A stretch of 63,325 bases of DNA, filler included, from Rhabdomonas costata (GCA_019059605.1; 46 parts of 46 records of this genome joined end to end with filler, not necessarily neighbours in it); one strand, 5' to 3'; counted from the whole stretch's first letter, positions 10,193-24,180 are shown. Program-made: numbers and translations. Notes: generated by a model not told the origin, from the sequence alone.

Positions 10193-13180
10193 GTGCGCGC
10201 CTGCTTCCTTTTTTGCATCTGTATTTTTTCTGTGCTGCGTCGAACGGTACAAGCGAGAATAGGGAACCACAGTGTTTCGCTTTGGATGCAAAGCTAAGGA
10301 GTCGGTACTCCTTTTCAGCGAAGTTTCCTTTATTTTCTGCTGATATGTCTTCTGAGGGTTTTTATGACGCTATCTCGTGCTAGACACATTTCTGGAGATA
10401 TCCACACAACAATGGAGACTTGAACAACATATCCACACAACACACACAACACACACAACACGCAACACATATCCATACAATAACTGAGGGTATTCGAATT
10501 CTCCGAGATCATGATTCTGCACCTTGCCATTGCCCAGCTTAAGTTGGTTATGGCTTATGTTATGTTGGTTGGCATGATGTCCGTGTCTCATGGGTGGTCC
10601 GTCTGAGTGCGTGTGTCTGTAAGAGCGCAGGGTTCCGTTCCACCCCATTTCTATTCTGGGGATCCCACGGCAGCCAGTATTTCCTATACTTACATCTCCT
10701 GACAGGATTTGGACTTTTGTTTTGCGTGACAAGCTTTCCAGAAGAAATACCGTCATGGGGTGAAAAGGACGATCCAAATCAGTATCCGGATCCCAGCCTC
10801 CCCCATGTCCTCTCGGCGTCGACCGCCCTGTTTCGGCGCATCCCATAACTACCTCGTCAACCCCTCCCCTCTCATTCCTCAACCCTACCGCTATCCTTCT
10901 CACCACCTTTCCCTCCCTCTTGCCCTTCACCCCCCACCAACCNNNNNNNNNNNNNNNNNNNNNNNNNNNNNNNNNNNNNNNNNNNNTTAATTAATTAANN
11001 NNNNNNNNNNNNNNNNNNNNNNNNNNNNNNNNNNNNNNNNNNTTTTTGGCCCATTTTTGACACATTTTGCTTGTGTTTGCCCCATTTTAGGGCATTTTTC
11101 ACCAAAACTTCGACCTCCCTGCCCACGTATGGTCAATGTTGGATCGGAAACTATGGTGGTAGCATGTTCCCGTCCCTGCAATTTTTCGGGACCGACATTG
11201 ACCGGCGGTGGAAGGTGGTAGCGAGATACAGAATTATTGTCCATTTTAGCCCCTTTTTATTTCGAGTTTTGTCAGTTCTTTAAGCATTCTTTATACGCTC
11301 TGTTTGCGCAGTTGAACTCTCACATTATCATTCACTCGCCTCTCAATACAAATGTTCTCCAATGCTCGGACAATGTTGCATCACAATTGTTTCTACTTAA
11401 TGAGATGCCGCACAATCTTTCAAAGTGAGATAAACGAAGCGATGACAACATGTTTACAGTCAACGATCCAACTCCGCCTTTGCCTTATCAACAGCTCTAA
11501 GATGTGCTCAGACTTATATCAATAGAAACTCTCGATACTCGATAACGCGTCAAACGCTCCTAGTGAGAAGATGTAAAAATTGAATTTATAAAGCGCAAAA
11601 ATCATATCCACAACTAAATAGCACAAGGTTAAAATTTAAATCCACCACAATGTGACGTGTTGTTTTTGTTATCACATCTCGTGCACGCGTGAGTAAGAAG
11701 AGAGTGAGATGTCGTTACGTTTTTATAAACACAGACAACGTTTTGACAGTACACCAGTTTTATCAGTTAGATCACGTTTTCCGTTTACACGTGCTCTAAT
11801 TTGTAATAACAACTCTACTGCAAAGTACCTAATGAATGGTATTGTGATGCATTAAATGTGAGTTCGTTGTAGCGACCACGCAGACAAAATACTGACATTG
11901 TGCTTAGAAAATGCTAAATTTCACCATTACTGCAAATAAGCATGTTCAAGAGTCACCGAACCAAATGTTGACTTCGCATTTCAGCAAGTATTAGTAACAC
12001 AAAAACTCGTTCAGAGCAACTGCAAACGTCTGTACAACAACGTGTAGTTGTAATGAAGACATGTTATATAATTTTCTCAAATCACTGGACGTTGCTTGCA
12101 ACGATAAATACGTCGAGATACAGAACCTTACATTTAATCAAATCTCCGCACTGAACATCCCACTGAAACTTAGAATTAATAATTCAGAATTCGTGTCCAA
12201 AGAGCTATAATCATGTCATTTGCTGAAGCGTTTTGGTCGGAATCAACTTGGTTTTTAAACAAATCTCCATGCTGTCTTTGTTTATATGAGAGCTCTACAC
12301 AAGCAATGCTACTTACAAACANNNNNNNNNNNNNNNNNNNNNNNNNNNNNNNNNNNNNNNNNNNNTTAATTAATTAANNNNNNNNNNNNNNNNNNNNNNN
12401 NNNNNNNNNNNNNNNNNNNNNATTGTTGCACAAATGCGAACCTACGTATCAACAAGTGCTCGTTTTTGTGGGAAGTGAAATTCTTGGTCGACGAAGTTCG
12501 ATTGTTCAATCCAAGCAGTCTATCACCCAGTAATGGCATGCGCAATGGAAAAAAGTTCATGAAGTTGGCCGTTTCGAGGGACCCACCACATGTGCACTGT
12601 CGTTTCGTTTCACTTGAGGCGCCATCGAACTCCTTGCAAGAACACTAACGGTTCCCATGGACAAGCGTATGCCCATGTCCCATCATGCCCCGCCCTCCTT
12701 TCTTGGTCGCTGCGATTTGGACCGAGGCCGATACACTCACTTGTGCTGCGGGGGGGGGGGGGACGACCTGCAAAAATCGCTCTAACGCTGTTTGATATAC
12801 TCTTTAAATCCCTTTGGAGGCGTTTGGAGGCGTTGGTCGGGCGGACTTTTTATTGGCTCTCCCAGGAATGGTTCCTGTTCATGAGGGGCTGTGCTCCAAC
12901 CTCGTCTTCCCTCTCAACGCTATTTTACCTACCCCCCTTTTTCATTTGTCACATCACGTTCTTGCAAAGAACACTGCTGTTGAGCGGAATCAGCATTGCA
13001 ACCGAGCTTCCTGTGTTGCGTCATCGTCTGCTGAAGTGGGCAGAAGCCTTGGGGGGTTTTGCAGCAGGCCTCGGGAAACGCTGCGTGGCAGGTCCTTGAG
13101 GTCAGGGTTATGTCATGACAACCCTGGAAACCCGCATATGCACAAATGGCACAGACACAGAGACTCGCACAAGCACATGC

Positions 13181-13342
13181 CGTTGGCGATCAGAGCATGG
13201 AGGTCTCGGGTGCGGCTGTGGTTGACAGTGACCCGGAGCTGCTCCTCGAGGGCCTTGTCCGTGGGAAGGGGAAGGGGCTCCCGGGGCGGAGGAGTAAGCG
13301 GGAATGGCGGAGCGGCCCGCGCGGGAGGTGCCGGGGATTGTC
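13181..13342 (-). CDS. Putative exon, unknown protein
   Basis: GC-rich open frame (..PLPTDKALEEQLRVTVNHSRTRDLHALIAN) after TTTTTGCAG; best donor is GCATGT (GC-type). Confidence 0.4.
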
Positions 13343-13935
13343 CTGCAAAAAATGGGGGAATGGCTCATAAACCCGCGAAAACAGATTTCCTTTTCATATT
13401 TTCATAACGGGGGATACCGGCTGGGTGGAAAACCAAAGCAGGGTGCAACACGACGCGCAAAAGCATGCGTGTAAGCAAATTCAGTCTCCAATCTGGTCCG
13501 CTAACCATGACGCATTGGGTATCCCACCCTAACAGACATGATTCGGGCCGGAATGTCTAACCTATCTCAAACGTGCTCCCATGCTCCATAAACACTCCGC
13601 CCAGAAAGAGGTGGGCGGCGAACTCGAATAGCTCCCACTTCCTCTTCCCTGTCATTCCCGCAGTACCGTGAGTGGCTCCCTCCCAGAAGTGGAAGGTCAG
13701 GCNNNNNNNNNNNNNNNNNNNNNNNNNNNNNNNNNNNNNNNNNNNNTTAATTAATTAANNNNNNNNNNNNNNNNNNNNNNNNNNNNNNNNNNNNNNNNNN
13801 NNATTGAGGGGTAGTAGTGATAGACATATCTCCTGGACGGGATGGGGGGATTGCCAACCCTTGTGAGACCGAGAGTCGCCGGTGGCGTGGGGAGGGGTGT
13901 TGGGCTCGTTTGGCTCGTCCTTTTCCTCACCGTAG

Positions 13936-14457
13936 CTTGCTGACGGACTACTTCTTCAAGCGTTCCTTTGCCCGGGCCCTGCTGCAAGTGTACGATCTCG
14001 CGATCTTCCCCGTAGAGAGCCTGCGCACCCCTCCCACAGTGCGGCTTCGCCGCCAGGGCCTGGGCGAGTACGGCGTGCAAGTGTTCACCGTATGCTCTGC
14101 GCAGGACGAGCCCCCACTCTCCTCTCTCCCCGCTGCTGTGACATTCCCCTCCCGCGCAAAGCGGGTGCTGGGCTGGGGAAACTACTACAAAGAATGGTTG
14201 GTATGATGCTCTTTCCCTCGGTGCCTGTCCGTTTTTCCAGGCATGAACATAATTGTGCGTGGCATAGAGGCTCTTCCGACACTTTACTCAGCTCATCCGA
14301 TAAGTGACATGACCACTTGTTGCACTACTCGTTCACCGCGTTGCTCACAAGCCCTTTCGCTTACCATTTCGGACCCCAGGTTCCTGCCATCGTGGAGGAA
14401 AGCCTCACTTCGGACGACACGGGCATCTTACAAACTATCCTGCGTGGCTTTCGCAAG
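13936..14457 (+). CDS. UBR1/PRT6-like N-recognin E3 ubiquitin ligase (2 exons, partial)
   Basis: Exons 13936-14089 and 14380-14457 give LLTDYFFKRSFARALLQVY...LGEYGVQVFTVPAIVEE, matching the UBR1 region YKKLFAxxFVKYY...LSVQMFTVPTLA; the splice rebuilds QVFT|VP. Confidence 0.6.
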
Positions 14458-16569
14458 GTGGGCGGAAGTTTCGCACCTTATTTCTGCTGAGCATGTGGTG
14501 CCTCTGCCCAGACCATCTCCACTACACATTATACGGGCGTGTCTTCCTTAATAGGGCGATGGTTGGCCTGGGTTCGCCGGTTTTTACGGTCTTCGATAGA
14601 GGTACGCAAAAGAAGCGCGAATTTCAGAGGCCCCGAAAATTATTCAGAGGCCCCGAAAATTAAAAGAGACGTCAAAAGGTCGCTGTGAAAACCGTACAAA
14701 AGATTACAAGAGTTAATGCAATGCGGCAGAAATCGGTGGAACGGTGTGAATTCTGTTGGAAACGCGTCGACCGTATACTCAACTGTTCTGACTCGATCTA
14801 CCGTGTTTTTTCTGTTTCTTTCCTTGCATTTTTGTTCCTGCTCTTTTTTTGTTCGCCCCTTTCAGAAGTACTGAATAATGGTCAAAGTCATAGTGGAAGG
14901 CTAAAACATAAGAAGAAGGCGTATCCCCCCCCCCCGAAAACCTTACAATGGAAAGAAGTTGGCAAACAGAGATTCGGTCGATTTTGTTCAGTAAGTTTAT
15001 AGGCTTGCATCCCTTCTCATTGAAATAGGCTGCAGACAAGTTAACGGTGACGGTGCACTCCCAACACAACCCCACCAAACCNNNNNNNNNNNNNNNNNNN
15101 NNNNNNNNNNNNNNNNNNNNNNNNNTTAATTAATTAANNNNNNNNNNNNNNNNNNNNNNNNNNNNNNNNNNNNNNNNNNNNGGTGTGGGTGTAGGTGACC
15201 CTGAAAATCTGCAGTCTCAGACCCAACTGCAGATGCAGAAAAGCTCAATCCAGGAAGGAAAAGCATGAAGAGAACCCTTAGTAAGACCACAGCTGCGATG
15301 TAAACCACTAGATGATGGCAACGAAAAGACCAGAAAAGGTACCAGTGAAGCGAGTTCCATCATCGCGATCGTGATTTCTCCCTTTGTCAATGCACTGACG
15401 GAGCGAAAAAAGAAGGCATTGAAAGTGAAGGACACAGTTCTTGCTCGCAGAGGGGAACCCGGCGCAAAATCCATTTCACAGAAAGGAACTTCAACAAAAA
15501 GGGCAAGCTGCATAACACTGCACACTCCGCCGAGGAACCCTTCAGCCTCGACTCTAGCTTCGTCCAGTTTCGCACAGCGTGTGCCTCAAAGGACGCTGGT
15601 AATATGAGCTGGAGTCCACATAGGACCGCAGCTCCATAGAGTGCAACCACTCATAAAAAGAAAGCACAACCACAAATGATTTGCGCCGAACTCTCTACTG
15701 GGTGGGCAAAAAAGGCTGCGCCTGTCATTTCAGAATGGTTCACTTGCAAGTGTTGGAAAAGACTTGACCGGGGGTGGGGGCATCATCTTATACTCCGCTG
15801 CTGCTGTTCAGTCACCCTCAACGCTCAATGCACGAACAAAAAACGAAAATGTCTTTTCAGTGCTGGGGCGGTTGTCATGACCTCCGCCCCTCTCACCGCA
15901 CGCAATTGCGCATCCAATGTCCAACGACTTCTGACTTTTGCTCTGCCTTCGTCATCATTATTACAGGGAAAACAAATCGCTCCCTTGAATAGCACAAGTT
16001 GCGATTAGTTAAAACCTCAACACAACAACCACAATTGATTGCACCGGGAAGAGATACCTCAAAAAGTGAAACTCGTTCTGCTTGCTGGTATCAATTGCTT
16101 CCGCCTAAGAGCGAGCAGAACCATTCTGTACAAAGTTCAGCACAATTTCTTTCTGTTTGTAGCAAAAAGCTACCCAACCTCTCCCCCTCTCCACACACAC
16201 AATACAGAACAGCGTTTCAGCTCACGTTCCAGGCATTGCGACAAACACAAAAACACACCACCCACTGGCTATCAGAACACTGCCAGAAAACCCCCGCAAG
16301 CACCAGATCAAGGCCGTTTGTGAACTCATGTTACCCTCGAAACCCCGTTACGAGGAAGACCCTGTAGTGAGCTCTGTACTGAAAAAATGACTACCCTTTT
16401 CCAATGCTCGGGAATGAGCACAAGGACTGCATAGAAACACGCCCACCCTCCGCTCACAACNNNNNNNNNNNNNNNNNNNNNNNNNNNNNNNNNNNNNNNN
16501 NNNNTTAATTAATTAANNNNNNNNNNNNNNNNNNNNNNNNNNNNNNNNNNNNNNNNNNNNGGTTGGGTT

Positions 16570-17200
16570 GGAGTCGAGATCAGCACGTCGGCTGGGCGCT
16601 AGGAGCCATCCAGACCTGCTAGACGGCACTCGTCGGCAACCGCGTTGCGGAGGCGGTTGCGCCTGGCGTAAAGGCCACAGGTTGAGCATCCAAAGGCAGG
16701 GTCTCCCAAGGGAGGCAGAACAATCTCCGCAGTGGTATCCGGATTGAAACGACAATCCGCAACTGAAGCACCAAAGCGCCTGCCATTAGGAGGGTGAGAG
16801 AGCAGAAAGAGTGTAGCGGGCGCCAGGGAGAGCTTCAATCCAGCTCCCCGAGTGGGGCGCCGACTGCAAGCGTCGGACTTGAGGCCTCCTCGTGGAAGCG
16901 AGACACAGCGGCCAAGTCCAGTTTTTCAGCCCAGGACTTCTGACGCCCCCAGAGCTCATCCTGTGGATGTGAAACTACGGTTGAGAGGTCATCTGCCAGC
17001 CAAAGAGCTGCCAGGCTGGGTGCAACGATGAGTAGGCTGTTCAGAACTTCCGAGTCGGGGAGCCGGCGCGAGAACTTAAATCCTGAGACATCTCCAGCGA
17101 CCAACAAGTTGGAAGGCAGCGCAGAAGCGGAGTGCACTTTGGTTGAATCTTGAATCCCGAAACCCCCGTTCTTGTGTGGACCGGGGACAGAAACGCTTTG
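16570..17200 (-). mobile_element. Decayed non-LTR retrotransposon with restriction-like endonuclease (CRE-like), 3' part
   Basis: Successive frames give PHKNGGFGI (RT thumb-like), RQKSWAEKLD, FLLSHPP, CSTCG...RRNRLRNAVADECRLAGL and DGS*RPADVLI (RHN-like and RPAD RLE motifs), with stops and deletions. Confidence 0.7.
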
Positions 17201-18956
17201 TAATATTGCAGACATGTGCACGTTTGTTTCACCGATGACGTTCTCTTATGTTGTTTTCTCGCCTTGCGTGCACGCTTGACTGAGACGAAAAGGCAACCAG
17301 CACAAAAAGAAGATTCATTTCATTCATTTTTCCCTCTTAAAAGGCTTCCCTACATGACTCTGCTCTTTTGGGGGACAATTTTATTGAGTAGGGAGTTGAA
17401 ATCTATGGACTTTGTCGATCGATTTGAACAGTATTACATTGGAATAAGCCAGCCCGCGGTGCGGCCCGACCGTAAGGTTGAGGGCACCCCCCCCCCGCGA
17501 CAGACGCCATACGTCTCTGCGCTGGAAGTACACGTGATTAACGGTGACGTGCAGCGGCATGGGTAGCACGCAGGGGTCACCCGATGGCCGGAAAGAGGAG
17601 GCCAGGCCGCTGCAGACCGTGGGGCAATCCCCGAAGAACCGCTTCTGAGGCGAGGAATTCAGCGGGGTGTACCTGCGTGAGTGGTGGGAGGGGGTTTCCA
17701 TAGAGGGCCAGGCAGACGAGGGAGGGGGTGTCAACAGCACGGACACACAAAGCTGAAGCCAGGACCTCTCCCCAAAACGTTGCCGTCATCAAAAGGTCAG
17801 TGCACATTCCATCCGCTGCGGCAACTGCATACCACCACANNNNNNNNNNNNNNNNNNNNNNNNNNNNNNNNNNNNNNNNNNNNTTAATTAATTAANNNNN
17901 NNNNNNNNNNNNNNNNNNNNNNNNNNNNNNNNNNNNNNNTTTTGGGTAAGGTTCCGAAAGATGGAGATTCCAGCAGAATCGTTTTGTGCACGCGGGAATC
18001 CCTTGGCAAACCATTCTGCTGGAATCTCCATTTTTCGGAACCTTTCCCATTCTTACCATTGAAGGAAACAGCAACTTCTGGACGGGAAGCCACGGTTTGT
18101 AGCTCCCATTACAAAGTTGTAGCTGAGAGAGGCATCCCTTTGCTGCCGAGTTTTTGTTTTGTCCTTTTCCTGCGGTTGTGGCGCTCTGCCACTCTGCCCT
18201 CCATTTGCACAGCGGAGTGCTCCCCCGAGGCGCAGCCTGCGGGGGCGGAGCTTGACGGCGACGAGGCATGCTTTTTTCCTTCCTCGCGCCCTGAGTTTCT
18301 GTTTTCGGCACCATTATGTTTCTCTCAGTCTGGAGCTGGGTTATTCGATCAAACTGAAGCAAGGTTGCTCGATGGGTCAAGTTTCGAAGTTGACGGTGGG
18401 GTTACATGGCTCGCGAGCTACCGTTAAGCGACAAGAATCAAAAAACATATTTTTTTTTTGCTAATGCGTTCACTTCGGCTTCTGGGGCCCGGCGCTGCGC
18501 GAGGCCTCTGCCCTAAAATAATTCTGTCCCAGTTGATCGGCAGTGACTCGGGCTGCGCACAGCAAATATCACAAAAGAAATATTGCTGATGCTTCCGGAT
18601 TAACGTTGTTATACGGTGTATTTCTGGTGTGTTAGAGCGAACTGCACATGCAGGGTGCTGAACGGTTCCCAGGAGATGGCGCAGTTTTTTTAGTGACGAA
18701 GGCCGCCGCTGCTGCCACCGGAGCAGACGACTGAGGAACGTTGTTGGGGTTGTTGGGGGAGTGCGGGAGTTGTCGTAGTCAAAAGCGACACAAGAAGGGT
18801 TTACGGGTGGTGGAGACTTTCGGCATAGTTATGTACCTCACCGTCTCCCCACCACCACCACCACCAAAAAATGCTTTCGGACCCACGTGCATTCTGCTCT
18901 CACCTACTCCGCCCCCTCCTGTCCTCCTGTCCTCTGCTGCTGCGATACACTCGCAG

Positions 18957-19154
18957 GAGTGCGGGCTGACCTCGCTGCAGATCTCCCCAGTGGCTCTGGT
19001 GAACGCGGCGTGGAACGACCAGAGGCTGGCCTACACCCTCCTGGAAAGCGGCGGGGTGGGCGTCAACGAGAGGGACTCCGCGGGCCACACCGCGCTGATG
19101 AACGCCGCAATGCGGGGCTGGGAAGAGCTCGTGCTTCGCCTCATGCAGGCCAAG
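18957..19154 (+). CDS. Ankyrin-repeat protein exon
   Basis: 198-nt AG/GT-bounded exon containing VNERDSAGHTALMNAAMRGWEELVLRLMQAK (GxTALxxAA ankyrin motif). Confidence 0.82.
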
Positions 19155-19320
19155 GTGCAGTGGCCTTCTGTGTGTCAGTGCCACACATGTCACCTATGCT
19201 ACACATCAGTCACCAAACNNNNNNNNNNNNNNNNNNNNNNNNNNNNNNNNNNNNNNNNNNNNTTAATTAATTAANNNNNNNNNNNNNNNNNNNNNNNNNN
19301 NNNNNNNNNNNNNNNNNNTT

Positions 19321-20597
19321 GTGGAGGCCCCGTACCGCCTGCTGGGGGTGGTAGAGCGAAACTTATTCTTGGTCTCCCTGCAGTCCCTGCTGGCCTCCGT
19401 GGTACGCTCGACCTCTGGGCAGATGATGTACGTGGTGGACCTGTCCGGCATCGTGGTGGGAAGCAGCCATACGGGAAACGTGGTGTGCGCGCAGGCCTAC
19501 TTCGTGCATGATTTTAATAGAAAAGGACCCCCGCACAACAGTCTCTCTCATCTGGAAGGGTTTGCTGATGATGGTCCCTTGGCTGTGGTCTTCGCACATT
19601 GACTGTCATTGTATTGACTCGGCAATGGAGCTCGTCTGTCGCTCTTTGGATGAAAAGGGGGAGCAGCTCTCAAGGAAACTTATATTGAGAAGGTGCACTC
19701 ATTGGCTGGTATTTGGCTTGCCTTCCGTTTTGATCTTTGTTTCGTCTCGCGCGCGCGCGCTTGTGTGAGACGAAAGAGCAATCACCGCAGAGAAAGGGGA
19801 CGGGTTTGTCAAAGCGTGTTTGCGGGAGTCTTTGTCTCAACTGAAGGAACGGTCCCGCAGAGCTTTTTGTAATTTCTGGTGCAGTCTGTGTAAGCGTAGG
19901 CATACCGGCAACGTGACTCTCTCCCATGTTAAGTGCATTTTGAGGACCCGCTCCTCTATTTACGGCGCAATTTCCGGACCCTACCTATTTATGTGTTGAG
20001 GGTGTCTTGCGCTTCTTCCCCCTTCAGGCAGCTTGTGGTTCAGCCACCTGAGCCCCTTGGGTATCTTCTTGTAAGTCCTAGACATGCATTAGTTTCCGTA
20101 AAATTCACCTGAAGGGGGGGGGGTCCCCAAAATGTATTTGATGGGGATTGCCCACAATTCCTCATCGCCAAGAAATGGTATGGCAATAATTTTAATTCGT
20201 TTTGGCACGTACCAATGACATATCGAGACATTCGGGACATTATTGTCTTTGCTCGCACACCTATGACCATCCCTTTCTTCTTGTTTCTTCACATCAGAGC
20301 ACCCCTATGATCAACGTGCTCAACTTCTCCGAGCCCATTGTGAGCCAGTCTGCGAAGTGGCTGCTTGAGTGCCATGGCAGCTGGTCCGCTGTTGCCAGCA
20401 ATGCCTCCGGCTACAGCTTCGTCTCCATCACCACAACTTTTAGGGGCACCCCCACGGAGTTCATTGTACAGGCTCGGGCGGTGCATGTGCTGAACCTGCG
20501 GTGGGTGGCCGTTGTGGTGACTCCATCGACTTTTTACCTGGGGCGGCTTCGGGCGCAGCAAGCACTGCTTTCTGCACAAGTTCGTAACAACACACAC
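19321..20597 (+). CDS. Cache-like extracellular sensor domain of a receptor protein (2 exons, partial)
   Basis: Exon 19321-19482 (LLGVVERNLFLVSLQSLL...GQMMYVVDLSGIVVGSS) and exon from 20298 (...LRWVAVVVTPSTFYLG) show dCache-like GV...L..L...G..Y.VD..G..V and W..VVV.P patterns. Confidence 0.6.
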
Positions 20598-22237
20598 NNN
20601 NNNNNNNNNNNNNNNNNNNNNNNNNNNNNNNNNNNNNNNNNTTAATTAATTAANNNNNNNNNNNNNNNNNNNNNNNNNNNNNNNNNNNNNNNNNNNNGGG
20701 GGGGGGGGGAAGCCGAACACGTTTGATTGGGTGATGGAGCGGAAAATCCGGAATGAAATAAACGATGCGAGGTCAACACAAGGCTTTGAGTTCAAAGGGA
20801 CAAAGCGCAATACAAGCAAATACATGCTCTTTGCGGTGGTTGAAATGGGGATAGTAAAGAGTACATGGGGATAGGTAAGTTGGACTCTATAGGTAATTGT
20901 GGTTATCCATATCCGAGATTGCAGCTTTACGGTTGGTGGGAAGAGGGAGGTGCCTTGCCACGCACCGTTCCTACCATAAGCGCGTGAAAGCCATAGGTTT
21001 AGTTTACTCTGGGGTTAGGTCCTTGGACCGTCGTCACTGCTCTGCCCCATAGGAAATGACAGAGCTGCTCAAACCTGTTATTGGTTCTCCGGAGGTCAGG
21101 ACAGCGGCTGCAGAAGGGATCTACGGGGGAAAGGTGCCGTCCTGGTTCATCGCGGATGACTATGAACAGCGGCAAAGGCCTGCCGCTGATCCCGCCGCTG
21201 CGTCGTCGACGCCCACCTCGCCCTAACTCCGGCGTAGTGGTTTCCCACAACACCCAAGCTGCCTTGCTTTTGTGTTGCCGCGAAAGCTAAGTTGATTGTG
21301 GAAGTGCGAGCATTTTATGTGTCGTCTTACATTTGGCATAGCCGGGCTAGCCCCAGCTGGCCACAGAAACGACCTGTGTGTGTTTGACTGGCGTCTCGCT
21401 TTGGACTGCTGCGGCATCCTCTGATGTTTCGTAGAATAATGGCTGGGTACTCCCTCAATTATTTTGCGGGGTTTGAACCGTGCTGCTCTAATTTGCGTGG
21501 CTCTCTCAAGGCGATCGATTAAAGGGCTGAAAATGTGCACTCTCTTTCGCATCTTGAGGGATGTCTCATGTCAAAAGGCTTTGTTCCAGTGGTGCGGGCA
21601 AAATTCTTTTTCTTGACTTTTTCCGAATATGGGTGACAGTATAGCTTTGGTTTTTTGCTTTGTCACATGGGCCGTCATTGCCAAATGCTATTTCACACCC
21701 TTCACGCTCCCAGATTTCCGATACCCAGCGCTCGTTTTTCTGTCTGGTGTTTTATCTGCGTTTTCTTGTGAAGGCTGAAACTGGTTGGATTTTCGTACTG
21801 TAGAGATTCTGTTGGGTTGCCCTTTCCCAAGATGGATTTTATGGATGAACAGACCCGAGCGCACTTCGTTTTCCTGCAGCAGTCTATTGGTCAGAACTTC
21901 GCCTCTGTGCTTAACAACCCTCGCGAAAGTCAGACCAAGAGTTGGGCGGAGTGGCTGGGGGATGCCACACCCACAANNNNNNNNNNNNNNNNNNNNNNNN
22001 NNNNNNNNNNNNNNNNNNNNTTAATTAATTAANNNNNNNNNNNNNNNNNNNNNNNNNNNNNNNNNNNNNNNNNNNNTGTTGTTTGTGTGTGCCTTCAGGC
22101 AAACACCTAATCGAGCATGTCAAACCGTGATATAGATTCGAGCCGACTTCGGTATCTCTTTGTATCCGTAACAGTGTTTTGGAGAAAGCTGAAATCCTCT
22201 TGTCCGAATATGGGTCATTGGCGGGGGGATTTCTCAG

Positions 22238-22998
22238 GAGTTCGGCACGGTTGTTCTGGTGGCCGAGAATACCTACCACCGCGCTGCCGACCTGTTCGTG
22301 TTCCGCAAGATGGGCAAATTACGGGTGCCGGGGAAGGCCGAGCCCACCGCGGTGTTTGAGTTGCTGTGCGAGCAGGGCGTGGTGAGTGGAGTTCCCGAGG
22401 CGTACACCACGTTCACGGCGGACGAGTGCGTCCAGGCCTTGCGTGCGATCCCTGGTGTTCCCCTGCCCCCACCTGGATATATCGAAGCACAGGGGTTGGT
22501 GAATGGGTGCTGGGGGTTGGTTGGAGTTAGAAAAGGTTAGATTTATATGTCGGTAAAGATTGTCGTGAATGTGGTGCAGATTTTGGGGCATTAAGTTGCT
22601 TTTTGGGCTTCCTAGAACGGCGTCCTCAATACACTTACCGTTTCTGGGGGGTTCTTCTGCGTGACGGAGAAATTTTTGGTTTTTGGAAATTTTTTTTCGG
22701 GGGGAGGGTAGCATTTTGTTTTTGAGTTTGAGGCTAGCGTCCTTTCGCTTCCTAGCGTCCCACGTCACGTCTCAAGTTACGCAGGTTCTTGAACGGCACG
22801 ACACTCCGCAGCTGCCACCCATCCGGCCTGCCCGCCCGCCTTTTGGTGCCTGCACTCACCTACCACGTCCACGTACGCACACACACTCACCCACTTTCTC
22901 GCTCATACACGCAATGCACAGGGGCGCCCGACCTGTTATTTCGCTGGCAGTGGGTGCACAAGGAGGCCGTGGTGGCGGTTAAGTCTCTTTTTGAGAAG
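22238..22998 (+). CDS. Class III adenylate/guanylate cyclase, end of catalytic domain (partial)
   Basis: Exon from 22238: EFGTVVLVAENTY...FVFRKMGKLRVPGKAEPTAVFEL matches YGTxILVSExT...RxLGxIxVKGKxEPVxVYEL; a likely further exon lies at 22951-22998. Confidence 0.8.
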
Positions 22999-23976
22999 GT
23001 ACGTTGCCACCACAGAAGCTGAATACTTTTTTGCAACAGAAAGTCAATCTTCTTTAGTTGCGGATATAAAGACCCCCGCTGGGCATTGAACTCAGATTTT
23101 TTGGGAAACATCCACTGAACTGTCAGAGCCATGTCTATGTGGCTGTACAAAAAAAAGGGGGGGGGGATGTGGACTACGTTTTGCCATCAAAGAAGGGCAG
23201 CTTGCCTGAAAAGCTGGGAGTAGGTGATGCCATGCTGTTTTGTCTCGTATAGTTGTTTGTTGCACACGTAACCAAACAACATCTGACGAAGTCCCCGTTT
23301 GTTTTCTTGTCTTCAAGCGCTGTGATTCTCGCGTGTGTGTGCAACCCCCAACACNNNNNNNNNNNNNNNNNNNNNNNNNNNNNNNNNNNNNNNNNNNNTT
23401 AATTAATTAANNNNNNNNNNNNNNNNNNNNNNNNNNNNNNNNNNNNNNNNNNNNGTGGGGGTGGATGCAGGGCACCGTATTGTGGCATTATCACTTTCAG
23501 TAAAGAGTGCAACACCTCGGATTCCGATGGTTGAGGAATGGGAACTGTCCCGTAACCCCAGGTACACCACTAAAACGAACTTTTACCTTGAGGCTGGACG
23601 TCCGCAAAGGTGGCAGTGGTTGCTCTTGGGCCAGATTACAACACCTCTTCAAAGGAGTCCGGAAATCCTTTTCTAATCAGCCCCAGTCAGTCCAGAGCTC
23701 AAACAAACCCAAGAACAGTACAGGATGTCCAGGTCCAAAGCGCTTTTGCAGTCCAGAGACGCAAATCAGTTAATTTACTAACGAAGGACCAAGTTAATAT
23801 CAGAACACTTCATACATATGGTCATGACAGAAACCGTCAGAAGCTGTCCACTATAATACCTTATGTCCCACTCGCATCGTCATTCGCACACAGCAAGAGC
23901 GATGAGTAGTCGACAAAACCAACACATACACATGGGAGGAGAAAAGGGTGAGAGTGGAAGAGATGACGAGATGCAC

Positions 23977-24180
23977 CTCGTACAGCTTCTCGAAGGTGAG
24001 GTCCGAGCTCAAGTCGGCGGGGCTCAACCTCATCCATGCCGCCATCCTGAACTTCCCGGGCAGCGTGGCCACCACAAACCGCAGCAGGAACCCCACCCGC
24101 TGGCTGAGCTCTTCGCACTGCCGCCTGAGCGCGGAGACCGCGGCAGCAGAGGCGTGGGGGTCCCACTCTGTGGAGTAATC
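23977..24180 (-). CDS. Putative exon, unknown protein
   Basis: AG/GT-bounded, GC3-rich frame ...SALRRQCEELSQRVGFLLRFVVATLPGKFRMAAWMRLSPADLSSDLTFEKLYE. Confidence 0.45.

Noticed and set aside
11576-11583. AAAATTGA Mimivirus early promoter
   Set aside because: Single occurrence in AT-rich DNA with no intact ORF downstream.
11400-11960. Alternative genetic code (all stops reassigned) in the AT-rich contig
   Set aside because: Any frame is open if stops are ignored; there is no homologue to anchor the reassignment and frameshifts are also needed.
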